Shown: positions 16,956-25,087 of the stretch, piece after piece
How the letters are laid out: every line of letters starts with the position of its first letter
Position numbering within the stretch: the first letter of the stretch is position 1
Assembly: GCF_000196555.1 (NCBI RefSeq)
Contig: NC_015067.1
Coordinates: 2,130,001-2,162,000 of the forward strand
Direction: 5' to 3'
Source: Bifidobacterium longum subsp. longum JCM 1217
GTDB lineage: Bacteria; Actinomycetota; Actinomycetes; Actinomycetales; Bifidobacteriaceae
Length of the DNA: 32,000 nucleotides
Made by a program: the position numbers and the translations under genes
Notes under the pieces: generated by a model
What the model was told of the DNA's origin: nothing
The model's input: the letters and a program-made list of their open reading frames with translations, nothing else
Databases searched by the model: none

Positions 16956-18494
16956 CACTGCATTCATCTGGAGAACGATACGGTCCAGCGATACGGCAAA
17001 GATGACAACAAAAATGGGAAGGAAGGAATACAGGTAGCGCGCCCTAGTCTCGAATAGCATCAGGAAGCATGTCAATCCGATAAAGGATAGGCGAAGAAAC
17101 ACCGCATAATCATCAGTATTTTTCCTTGGTAGCAGTAAAGCGGCGCACAACAACAGAATCATCCACAGCAGCTGCTGCAGTGACCCAAAAACGGAAGGCG
17201 TATTGTTTTCCATGTAGTACAGCTTTTTCAGCGAATTAGGCAGATTCCTCTCACTGGGCACCTCAGGGAATCCCTTACCCTCATGTCCGATGCCAAATGT
17301 TCCATCACCATATGTAGTGACGAGTTTTACGGCATAAAAATGGATTGCGGAATCAGCGTTCATTGCCTGCAAACGCCGTAATGCTACATCAAGATCTTTC
17401 GCTTGACGATCGGTTTTATCTGGAATGCCCGCAGAAATCTTCACATCGTTCAAATTGAACGCACCATATGACTGCGGGTTCGCCCCCATCATCAAATAAT
17501 GATGATAGGAAAACGCCATTTCTGGATTTGGATTGACATGAAGGTGTTTCTTTAACAGAGGAGAAGCAACACCGTAGATAAGGGTAGCCGACACAAGAAT
17601 CGAAAGGAATATGCAGAGAATGTCTTTCAGGACGCCTTCCCTTCTGGCATAACGGAGTATGCAATCAATGACTAACGCAACTACAAGAACCAATACCGTC
17701 GGCTTGAACAAGCTGCCGACGAAAGCGGAAAACACCATTACCACAAGCACAATATAGGTAATAGGTGCGGCAGAATTCCGATAAATAAGATATAGCGATA
17801 TGACGGTGGCTACGAAGGGGAACAGGAACGTATCCGTATAAGGTGTTCCGATCCAAAACGAAAGAGAACCTAATATTGTTGCAATAATCCAAGATGCATA
17901 GACTATGCATGCCTTGCCGATAGCACTGCCTATCCCTAAAGCCAGGATAAGACATCCCAAGTTGACACCCAGTGCTCCCACAGACGCTGTAAACATCGCT
18001 GGATCCAGCTTAAGGACGAAGCTCACGCGCACAAGAAACTGCATCAGGACAGCCAGCCCATAATTGTTGGGGAACATATCAAAATACGGTTGAAATGCCC
18101 CTAAATCCCCTCCCCTTACGGCGGCTACAGCATAATTGAATATCGTGTCAGGATCCCAATTGGCAACATATGGCGTATATCTGATAACCGCATTTTGGAA
18201 TACCAATACCGCGACACTCAACAGGGGAAGCACATAGCAGTAGCTATTGCCACCTTTACAGGAATACTTCAGCAATGCATATGTCAGCAATACAACAAAA
18301 AGCAACGCGACAACGAAAAACACGGGCATAGGCAAGGCATACTTCGGTCGCAATCCATAGGGATTTTCCAGCGATGAGTACCCGAACGACACCAGGAACA
18401 ATATCATAACGGCAATAACGCTGTAGATAGCATATACTGTGTAGGTCAGATAGACGCCCAATCGAGCCAAACCCATATCTATGGTGTCACGCAT
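16908..18494 (-). CDS. Polytopic integral membrane protein, GT-C-fold (ArnT/PMT-like) glycosyltransferase candidate
   Basis: 528-aa ORF, very hydrophobic, with at least 12 predicted TM stretches by eye and a soluble loop near the C-terminal third (KTDRQAKDLDVALRRLQAMNADSAIHFYAVKL). It is the last gene of the minus-strand GT operon and is AT-rich. The function is assigned from architecture and context only. Confidence 0.45.
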   Translation of the reverse strand: MRDTIDMGLARLGVYLTYTVYAIYSVIAVMILFLVSFGYSSLENPYGLRPKYALPMPVFFVVALLFVVLLTYALLKYSCKGGNSYCYVLPLLSVAVLVFQNAVIRYTPYVANWDPDTIFNYAVAAVRGGDLGAFQPYFDMFPNNYGLAVLMQFLVRVSFVLKLDPAMFTASVGALGVNLGCLILALGIGSAIGKACIVYASWIIATILGSLSFWIGTPYTDTFLFPFVATVISLYLIYRNSAAPITYIVLVVMVFSAFVGSLFKPTVLVLVVALVIDCILRYARREGVLKDILCIFLSILVSATLIYGVASPLLKKHLHVNPNPEMAFSYHHYLMMGANPQSYGAFNLNDVKISAGIPDKTDRQAKDLDVALRRLQAMNADSAIHFYAVKLVTTYGDGTFGIGHEGKGFPEVPSERNLPNSLKKLYYMENNTPSVFGSLQQLLWMILLLCAALLLPRKNTDDYAVFLRLSFIGLTCFLMLFETRARYLYSFLPIFVVIFAVSLDRIVLQMNAVLVKRGIVLSGGMGDE

Positions 18495-18590
18495 CGTTTC
18501 CCTATCAATCCGAATTCTTCATTCATCCCATGCTGATCTGTGCATGCTGCAATGCAGTTCGCACCCCATGCATTGCAGCATACTCACCGC

Positions 18591-19586
18591 TCAGCTTTCG
18601 TGCTTCTGCTGTTCGCTGCTTTCCAGCGACTGCGCAGCAATCGCCTGTTCGTCCTCCAAATTGACGGCGATGGCGGCACGAACGCCTTTCCATTTCTCGA
18701 TAACGAACAACGGATTGAGAGCAAGCCAATACAACTTGCGCTTCCATGTATATTGCCGGTCACGCAGGATGAACAACGAACCCAACGTGAAGGCACGCAC
18801 GACCTGCTTGACAACGAACGCGATGGAAATCGGATCCATGGTTTTGCCTACGCGACGAACTCCCACGATCTCGTCGAACATACGCTTCCTGTAGTCACGT
18901 AGCTTAATCTCGTTGGTGTGCCACACATTTGCACGAGGGGCATAGGCCTTCACGTACCCATGCCGGATGAGGTCCTCGCCGAACTTCTGGTCCTCGGCAT
19001 AGGGAATATCCTGATAGGGGACGTCGCACAACAGCACGGATTTGCGCGCGGCCGAGTTCACGTCCGAGTAGAACGTGACGAGGTCGAAGAGCTGTTGCGA
19101 GTCAATAAAGTCATCATCATAGAACAGTGTGGTACCGAAGTCCGGGCCGAACTGCTTGAACGTGCGGATGATCTCCTCCTTCAGCAGCGGTAGCGCGGTG
19201 GCACGCGGATCCTGCTTACCCATCACGCCCACGACCTGTGGGAAACGCTCCAGCGGCTGAATGATCTCGTACAGCCAACGATCATGGGCGGGAGTGGCAT
19301 CCTGCGTGAGGTAGATGACATATTCGCCACGCGCCTTCTCCGCAGCCTGCTGACGCACCCTGCCGTGGGAAAATTCCGGTTTGGTGATGGTTTCGTACCG
19401 GAAATGCCGGAATTTCGGCGCCCAGGATCTGATGATCTCGGGCGTGCGATCCTTGGAGCTGGTGTCAATGACGAGAATCTCGTATTCGAAGTCCACCTTC
19501 TGCTTATGCAATGCAGTGAACAACTCATCCAGATTATCCTCGCCGTAATAGGTGGGAATGAAGACGGTGGCTTTGATGTCAGTCAT
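18591..19586 (-). CDS. Family 2 glycosyltransferase (rhamnosyltransferase-like)
   Basis: ATVFIPTYYGEDNLDELFTALHKQKVDFEYEILVIDTSSKDRT and YLTQDATP blocks. ATG 19586 overlaps the upstream gene by 8 nt (ATGACTGA). The ORF-track extension to 19808 is antisense-free read-through of the upstream gene. Confidence 0.8.
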   Translation of the reverse strand: MTDIKATVFIPTYYGEDNLDELFTALHKQKVDFEYEILVIDTSSKDRTPEIIRSWAPKFRHFRYETITKPEFSHGRVRQQAAEKARGEYVIYLTQDATPAHDRWLYEIIQPLERFPQVVGVMGKQDPRATALPLLKEEIIRTFKQFGPDFGTTLFYDDDFIDSQQLFDLVTFYSDVNSAARKSVLLCDVPYQDIPYAEDQKFGEDLIRHGYVKAYAPRANVWHTNEIKLRDYRKRMFDEIVGVRRVGKTMDPISIAFVVKQVVRAFTLGSLFILRDRQYTWKRKLYWLALNPLFVIEKWKGVRAAIAVNLEDEQAIAAQSLESSEQQKHES

Positions 19587-20829
19587 GATTCTGTACGGTG
19601 GCCTCTCTAAGAATGATACGTTCGAACTTCTCATAGGAGGCATCCCAGGAAGAGCTTTCCGCTCTCTTGGAGATGCGTTGGCAGCGCGCTTCGATGTCCG
19701 AATCGTTGACGACCTTGTCAAGCCCGTGGGCAAGTTCGATCGGAGAATTGAGCGTGTACACGATGTCCGGGTTCTCTCCGATGACCATGCGGTTGTTGTC
19801 GCCGTCATTCATCACCGGAACGCAACCGGCGGCAAGCAGCTCAAGCGGCAACAGGGACGCATTGGTGAGAGAGAGCACGAGACACGCCTCGGACTCATGA
19901 TAGATTTCGGCGAGCTGCGCGGGGTTGACGATGCCGCGGTTCTCGTACGGGAAGGGGATGTCGTAGTCAGACACGTCCCATCCGAAAAACACGATCTTGT
20001 AGTCAGGGTGCATCTGGTGGAATTTCGCCAAGGCGAGCACACCGATCTCGAAAGCCCGGCGTTCGGTAACGGGGCGGCCGTAGAAGCAAATCTGCTTCTT
20101 CTTGGTTACATCACCTTTCGGCTTGTAGATGTCGAGGTCGGCACCGAAGTCGAAGTAGTCGGCGGGCATATCGAATTCACCGACCTTCTTGGTGAGCCAA
20201 CGGCCGGCGGTGATGCCGTAGAAACCGAACCTATACGTGTTTTCGGCGAGCACCGACTTGGACCCCATACCGTAGAAGAGCGGCTCGTAATCCTGCACAA
20301 AATACATCTTGTGTGCATTGGTCTTCATGTTGAAGACCGGATATGCAGTCTCCCATCCCGTGGCGAAAAGCACGTCAAGATCGATGTTGCTGATGTCCTT
20401 GACCGGCACGCAAGTCACATCGATATCGAAATGCTCCTTGAGCAGCTGGTGGGAGTATTCGGCCGGCTGTTTGGCGATACTCTCATATATAAAGAACGTA
20501 ACGTTATGCCCGCGTTCCTGCAAGGATTTGGCGAAGCGTGCGATGGTATGTTGTCCTCCACTGCCGACGCTGATGGGAGACAGCACCCAACCAATATTGA
20601 GCTTGCTCTTCTCCACCTTCACCGGAGCGTGATATGGATGCGCCACGAAATCCGCCGCCACGACATCTTCGGCAGAAGTCATAACATCCAACGGACGCTT
20701 AGCAACCAGATTTCCTGAAGCCGCTTGCTGTTGCAGCCTACGGTTCAGGTAATCCAACGAGCGAAGTAGCGTGACTCGAATACCACTCTTCCTGAGATAC
20801 TGTGCAAAAGCACCGATTTTTGACATCAT
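19579..20829 (-). CDS. GT4-type glycosyltransferase with WsaF-like N-terminal domain (rhamnosyltransferase-like)
   Basis: About 416 aa. NIGWVLSPISVGSGGQHTIARFAKSLQERGHNVTFFIY resembles the WsaF-type N-domain. The C-terminal half is GT1/GT4-like (LSLTNASLLPLELLAAGCVPV). ATG 20829 overlaps the upstream stop as ATGA. Confidence 0.7.
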   Translation of the reverse strand: MMSKIGAFAQYLRKSGIRVTLLRSLDYLNRRLQQQAASGNLVAKRPLDVMTSAEDVVAADFVAHPYHAPVKVEKSKLNIGWVLSPISVGSGGQHTIARFAKSLQERGHNVTFFIYESIAKQPAEYSHQLLKEHFDIDVTCVPVKDISNIDLDVLFATGWETAYPVFNMKTNAHKMYFVQDYEPLFYGMGSKSVLAENTYRFGFYGITAGRWLTKKVGEFDMPADYFDFGADLDIYKPKGDVTKKKQICFYGRPVTERRAFEIGVLALAKFHQMHPDYKIVFFGWDVSDYDIPFPYENRGIVNPAQLAEIYHESEACLVLSLTNASLLPLELLAAGCVPVMNDGDNNRMVIGENPDIVYTLNSPIELAHGLDKVVNDSDIEARCQRISKRAESSSWDASYEKFERIILREATVQNHD

Positions 20830-21770
20830 TTCGCCTTCCCTAGCAGACGACGCATATAACGAACTGGAGCGAGGATAGCACCACCTATCTTCCACTGGAG
20901 AGAAGCATACACAGATTCCCTGAAAGCAATCGATTCCCGGACGGTCCGTTCCTTCTCTTCGAGAGAGTGAATAGTGTTCAGCAGCAAATCGATTTCCGCG
21001 CTGAAGTACCGGAATTCATCAGGATACTGAGCGTTATACTTCTGCCAGATATGATGACGCACTAGCAACAGCTTTAACAAATCAGCTTCCTGTTGATCGT
21101 TGCGCGAATCGGCATTCTCATGTTTCCGGTAGTAGTACAACGGCTCATCAAGCAGAACAGGCGACGCACCTGTCAGGCATAGTCCCAATGCAAAATCCCA
21201 ATCTTCATATCCAACACCGTTAAGATACGAGTCATATTTCACACCGGATTGACGCAAATATGGTACGGAAATCATTGCATACGCACCGATGTAGTTTTCA
21301 TGTTTCAACTTTTCGAGATTGTACTGAGGGTACAACGAGTCGAAATTCACTCGTCCGAAATACTTGACCTGACAGTAGACAATATTAGCTCGACTTTCGG
21401 TCGCAGCATTAACTGCCTTCCGTACATAGTCAGCATCAAGATAATCATCCGCATCAAGCTGAATGAGATAATCGCCTTCGGCTAGCCCAAGTACCTTGTT
21501 GCGCGTGGCGACAACACCCATATTCTTCTGGGTGACGAGTTCGACGGAATCTCCATATGTGTTCCTGATAAGGTCCACCGACCCGTCCGTGGAGCCATCA
21601 TCTACAACGAGAACCTCGATGTTGCGGTAGGTCTGGTTCAGGACGCTGTCAATCGCCTCGCACACATACTGCGAGTAGTTGTGGTTGATTACCGCAACCG
21701 ATACGAGCGGCTCAGCGGTCACTGGACCGGGTTCCTTTGGATACATGGCTTGAGGCTTCTCTGGCATCAC
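20826..21770 (-). CDS. Family 2 glycosyltransferase
   Basis: VSVAVINHNYSQYVCEAIDSVLNQTYRNIEVLVVDDGSTDGS and a DADD motif (LIQLDADDYL). It is the first gene of the minus-strand operon. The start is either GTG 21770 or ATG 21767. Confidence 0.85.
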   Translation of the reverse strand: MMPEKPQAMYPKEPGPVTAEPLVSVAVINHNYSQYVCEAIDSVLNQTYRNIEVLVVDDGSTDGSVDLIRNTYGDSVELVTQKNMGVVATRNKVLGLAEGDYLIQLDADDYLDADYVRKAVNAATESRANIVYCQVKYFGRVNFDSLYPQYNLEKLKHENYIGAYAMISVPYLRQSGVKYDSYLNGVGYEDWDFALGLCLTGASPVLLDEPLYYYRKHENADSRNDQQEADLLKLLLVRHHIWQKYNAQYPDEFRYFSAEIDLLLNTIHSLEEKERTVRESIAFRESVYASLQWKIGGAILAPVRYMRRLLGKAK

Positions 21771-21914
21771 AAACGGCTATCCTAACAGAACCAACACCTA
21801 GACTGGCACCGGTGAATGTCGTGAAAAGACAGTAGCATGTCCCCAAGTGCGGCAAACGGCGAATACTACGCTGCCGCAGGGCAACATGTAGTTTGAGCGA
21901 TAGGATAGGTTCTC

Positions 21915-22742
21915 GTGTCAGAGCTCATTCGTCGGTTCCAAGCACGGTACCGTTATGGCCTCATCGTGCTGAAGGAACTCGTCAAGACCGATTTCAAGCT
22001 TCGCTATCAGGGATCGATTCTCGGCATGGCTTGGTCTGTGGTCAAGCCGTTGATGCTTTTCGGCGTCATGTACATGGTGTTCGTCCGGTTCCTTAAGTTC
22101 TCCGACGGCACGCCGACATTCACCATCTCGCTGCTGTGTGGCACCTGCCTGTGGAGTTTCTTCTCCGAAGCCACTTCTGTCGGCATGCAGTCCATTGTCG
22201 GCCGCGGCGATCTGCTGAGAAAGGTACACTTCCCCAATTACATCATCGTTGCTTCCACCACGATGGGGTCGCTGATTTCTCTGGGTATCAACCTGATTGT
22301 GGTCATCGTGTTTGGCTTCTTCTCCAACGCGCAATACACATGGCATGTCCTGCTCGTTCCGTTCAATGTCGCCCAGTTGTACCTGCTGGCACTAGCGTGC
22401 GCGCTGATTCTTTCCACGATGTACGTCTACTTCCATGATGTCGCGCACATCTGGGAGGTCGTGCTGCAGGCAATGTTCTACTCCATCCCGATTATCTATC
22501 CGCTCAGCATGGTTTCGAATCGTTACCCGGTTATCGCCAAGTTGATGCTGATGAATCCCGCCGCCCAGGCCATCATGGACATTCGCCATAACCTTGTGGC
22601 ACCTGATTATGTTCCCACGGTTTGGACGATGATTGCCAATCCGTTCATCGCACTGTTGCCGTATCTGATGACGGTGGTTCTGCTCGTCATCGGTATTCAC
22701 GTTTTCCGTAAGCACAGTCGTAAGTTCGCGGAGGTCATGTAA
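21915..22742 (+). CDS. ABC-2 type polysaccharide/teichoic-acid export permease (Wzm/TagG-like)
   Basis: 275-aa ORF with six hydrophobic segments and the N-terminal KELVKTDFKLRYQGSILGMAWSVVKPL block typical of ABC-2 glycan exporters. GTG start. Its stop overlaps the next gene start (TAATG). Confidence 0.85.
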   Translation: MSELIRRFQARYRYGLIVLKELVKTDFKLRYQGSILGMAWSVVKPLMLFGVMYMVFVRFLKFSDGTPTFTISLLCGTCLWSFFSEATSVGMQSIVGRGDLLRKVHFPNYIIVASTTMGSLISLGINLIVVIVFGFFSNAQYTWHVLLVPFNVAQLYLLALACALILSTMYVYFHDVAHIWEVVLQAMFYSIPIIYPLSMVSNRYPVIAKLMLMNPAAQAIMDIRHNLVAPDYVPTVWTMIANPFIALLPYLMTVVLLVIGIHVFRKHSRKFAEVM

Positions 22743-24016
22743 TGGTCGATCACACCAACACTACTCACGGGGAAGTTGCCGACGCCTCGTTGAACGAAGA
22801 CAAGCCGGTCGTACTGTCCGTCGAACATGTCTCCAAGTCGTTCCGTCTTCCAACCGAACAGGCCAGCGGTTTAAAGCAGGCATTCATCAACTGGACCAAG
22901 GGTATCAAAGGCTACACTGAACAATCTGTGCTCCGCGATATCAATTTCGAGGTTCATCAGGGTGATTTCTTCGGCATCGTCGGGCGCAACGGATCCGGTA
23001 AATCCACGCTTCTGAAAATCATTTCCGGCATCTATGTTCCTGAAACAGGCAAGGTATCGATCAACGGCAAGCTGGTTCCGTTCATCGAGCTTGGTGTCGG
23101 ATTCAATCCAGAACTCACCGGTCGTGAGAACGTTTACCTCAATGGTGCGCTGTTGGGCTTCTCACGTGACGAGATCGATGCCATGTACGACGACATCGTC
23201 GAGTTCGCAGAGCTGGGCGATTTTATGGACCAGAAGCTGAAGAACTACTCCTCTGGCATGCAGGTGCGTCTCGCCTTTTCCGTCGCCATCAAAGCGCAGG
23301 GTGACATTCTCGTTCTCGATGAGGTGCTGGCAGTCGGCGACGAGGCGTTCCAAACGAAATGCAACGACTTCTTCACGGAGATTAAGAAGGATCCCACGAA
23401 GACGGTCATTCTCGTCACGCACGCCATGGATTCGGTGAAGAAGTACTGCAACAAGGCTATTCTTATCCGTGATGGTGAGGTCATCGTCAACGGCGACAAG
23501 AACGATGCCGCGAACACGTACACCGAAGAGAATCTGAAGAGTCTGCAGAAGAAAGCCGCCGAAACAGTCGAGGAAGGCGAGTATCCCACCGGTCTGAATG
23601 GAACGGTACCAATGCTGCGGTGTGTCCCTACATCGAAGATGGTGCTGACCAGCAAAGATACGTTTGAATTTGACGTTGAATTCGAATACACCAAGACTGA
23701 CGAGTATTTCTTGGCTGTCTCCATGCTCGACACCCGTCGTGGTGGCATTCCCTATGATTCCGGCTCCATTAAGATGGGCGTAGGCGGGAATGGCAAACAA
23801 TCCGTTCACTTCTCTCTACCGCTTAATATATTCAACAACGGTACTTATAAGATTACCGCGTCCTTGCGCAAGCAGGATCCCGCAGATCCACACCACACTT
23901 TGTTGGCAGGTTTCTCCAATGATGAGAATTCATGTCTGTTCTCCATCAATGAGGATGCCAAGGGCACGGATTATGCGTTGCTCAAATATGACGCTGTTGA
24001 TTTGAGGAGAAGCTAA
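22742..24016 (+). CDS. Polysaccharide export ABC ATPase (Wzt/TagH-like) with C-terminal beta-rich extension
   Basis: Walker A GRNGSGKST, signature YSSGMQVRLAF and Walker B ILVLDEVLAVGD. About 155 extra C-terminal residues (roughly 23549-24013) occupy the position of the Wzt carbohydrate-binding domain. Confidence 0.85.
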   Translation: MVDHTNTTHGEVADASLNEDKPVVLSVEHVSKSFRLPTEQASGLKQAFINWTKGIKGYTEQSVLRDINFEVHQGDFFGIVGRNGSGKSTLLKIISGIYVPETGKVSINGKLVPFIELGVGFNPELTGRENVYLNGALLGFSRDEIDAMYDDIVEFAELGDFMDQKLKNYSSGMQVRLAFSVAIKAQGDILVLDEVLAVGDEAFQTKCNDFFTEIKKDPTKTVILVTHAMDSVKKYCNKAILIRDGEVIVNGDKNDAANTYTEENLKSLQKKAAETVEEGEYPTGLNGTVPMLRCVPTSKMVLTSKDTFEFDVEFEYTKTDEYFLAVSMLDTRRGGIPYDSGSIKMGVGGNGKQSVHFSLPLNIFNNGTYKITASLRKQDPADPHHTLLAGFSNDENSCLFSINEDAKGTDYALLKYDAVDLRRS

Positions 24017-24936
24017 TGTTCTCGAAGAACGAAGATATTCGCGATATCCAGAAAACCGCCCTGTCTATCTTTAAAGAGTTCCGGCGAATCTGCGAAGAGA
24101 ATAATCTTCGTTTCTATACTTCGGGAGGCACCACTATTGGTGCCCTGCTGTACAAAGGATTCATCCCCTTTGATGATGACATCGACATCAATATGCCGAG
24201 GCCGGATTATGAGCGGTTCAAACAGCTCGCTCCGGCCGTCCTGCCTCGCCACTTAGCCGTATTCGATGGTTTAGAAAGCACTCATGCGGATTTCCATTTT
24301 TTAAAGCTGCACGATACACGAACCATGTTCACCGCAAATCTACTATTGCCGTACCCTGACTGTTATACAGGTGCGTTCATTGATATCGAACCTATTGACG
24401 GAGTTCCGAGTAATCAAGAGGAACGTGAGCAATGGTATTTTCAGATAGATAAGCTGTACTGTTATGACTTGCTCCGCAAGTTCGGCAAGAAATACCTGTA
24501 TCCGGATACCATCGCATGGCTGTACCCGAATCGTCTGATTCGCGCCATTGCGTATGCTTGGATTCAACTTCATCCACTGCGTTATTACGCAGAAAAGTAT
24601 GAACAACTGCAGCGGCATTATGCTGAACAATATCCTTTTGATGAGTCCGAATACATTTCTTATCCACGTTATGGCATGTATCGAACCAAGTCCATGTGGA
24701 ATACAAAACGCGCCAGCTGGGATTCTTATATTGAGATTCCGTTCGAGGATACCACCATACGAGTTCCCAAAGGCTACGAAAATGTCCTGACTAACCAGTA
24801 CGGCTTCATGCCCACATGGGAGACTCAGAAGCGCTACGAACAAGACACCGACTCCCACCACATCACCACAGCTCTGGTAGATTTGGTAAAACCATTGCAC
24901 AGTTACAGGACTTCAAAATCACTTGATAGAGAATAA
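24016..24936 (+). CDS. LicD-family phosphotransferase (phosphocholine / polyol-phosphate transferase family)
   Basis: 306-aa ORF with LRFYTSGGTTIGALLYKGFIPFDDDIDINMPRPDYERF, the LicD nucleotidyltransferase-fold motif with DxD. Its ATG overlaps the Wzt stop (TAATG). Confidence 0.85.
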   Translation: MFSKNEDIRDIQKTALSIFKEFRRICEENNLRFYTSGGTTIGALLYKGFIPFDDDIDINMPRPDYERFKQLAPAVLPRHLAVFDGLESTHADFHFLKLHDTRTMFTANLLLPYPDCYTGAFIDIEPIDGVPSNQEEREQWYFQIDKLYCYDLLRKFGKKYLYPDTIAWLYPNRLIRAIAYAWIQLHPLRYYAEKYEQLQRHYAEQYPFDESEYISYPRYGMYRTKSMWNTKRASWDSYIEIPFEDTTIRVPKGYENVLTNQYGFMPTWETQKRYEQDTDSHHITTALVDLVKPLHSYRTSKSLDRE

Positions 24937-24937
24937 G

Positions 24938-25087
24938 TTGATTATCAACTCTGCATTTCTCATAATACTACTCGTTATATTAGCAGCAGTCACGGCGCTG
25001 ACTGTCATTTGCTATGCTTTTTGTAACATCAGCACAAGCAAAGAAACAACGGATTTCACGTATGAAATACCGACAAAAAAACGGTAG
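24938..25087 (+). CDS. 49-codon single-TM ORF (TTG start) ending just after an A7 tract
   Basis: Translation: LIINSAFLIILLVILAAVTALTVICYAFCNISTSKETTDFTYEIPTKKR. It starts 2 nt after the licD stop. Its stop (25085-25087) lies 3 nt after AAAAAAA at 25075-25081. Loss of one A would fuse it in frame to the pentapeptide-repeat ORF. Confidence 0.3.
   Translation: MIINSAFLIILLVILAAVTALTVICYAFCNISTSKETTDFTYEIPTKKR

Noticed and set aside
18591-19808. N-terminal extensions given by the ORF track for 18591..19808, 19579..20895, 8953..9831, 9877..11118 and 28649..29722.
   Set aside because: The extra residues overlap the upstream gene or are low-complexity. Internal starts with ATGA/GTGA overlaps or clear RBSs (19586, 20829, 9774, 11085, 28961) give proteins that begin where family homology begins.
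21771-21914. Inverted TAGGATAG-containing sequences at both ends of the divergent GT-operon / wzm spacer (about 21777-21785 and 21901-21909).
   Set aside because: Each copy sits 6-10 nt upstream of a start codon and reads AGGATAG on the respective coding strand. They are most simply the two Shine-Dalgarno regions, not an operator pair.
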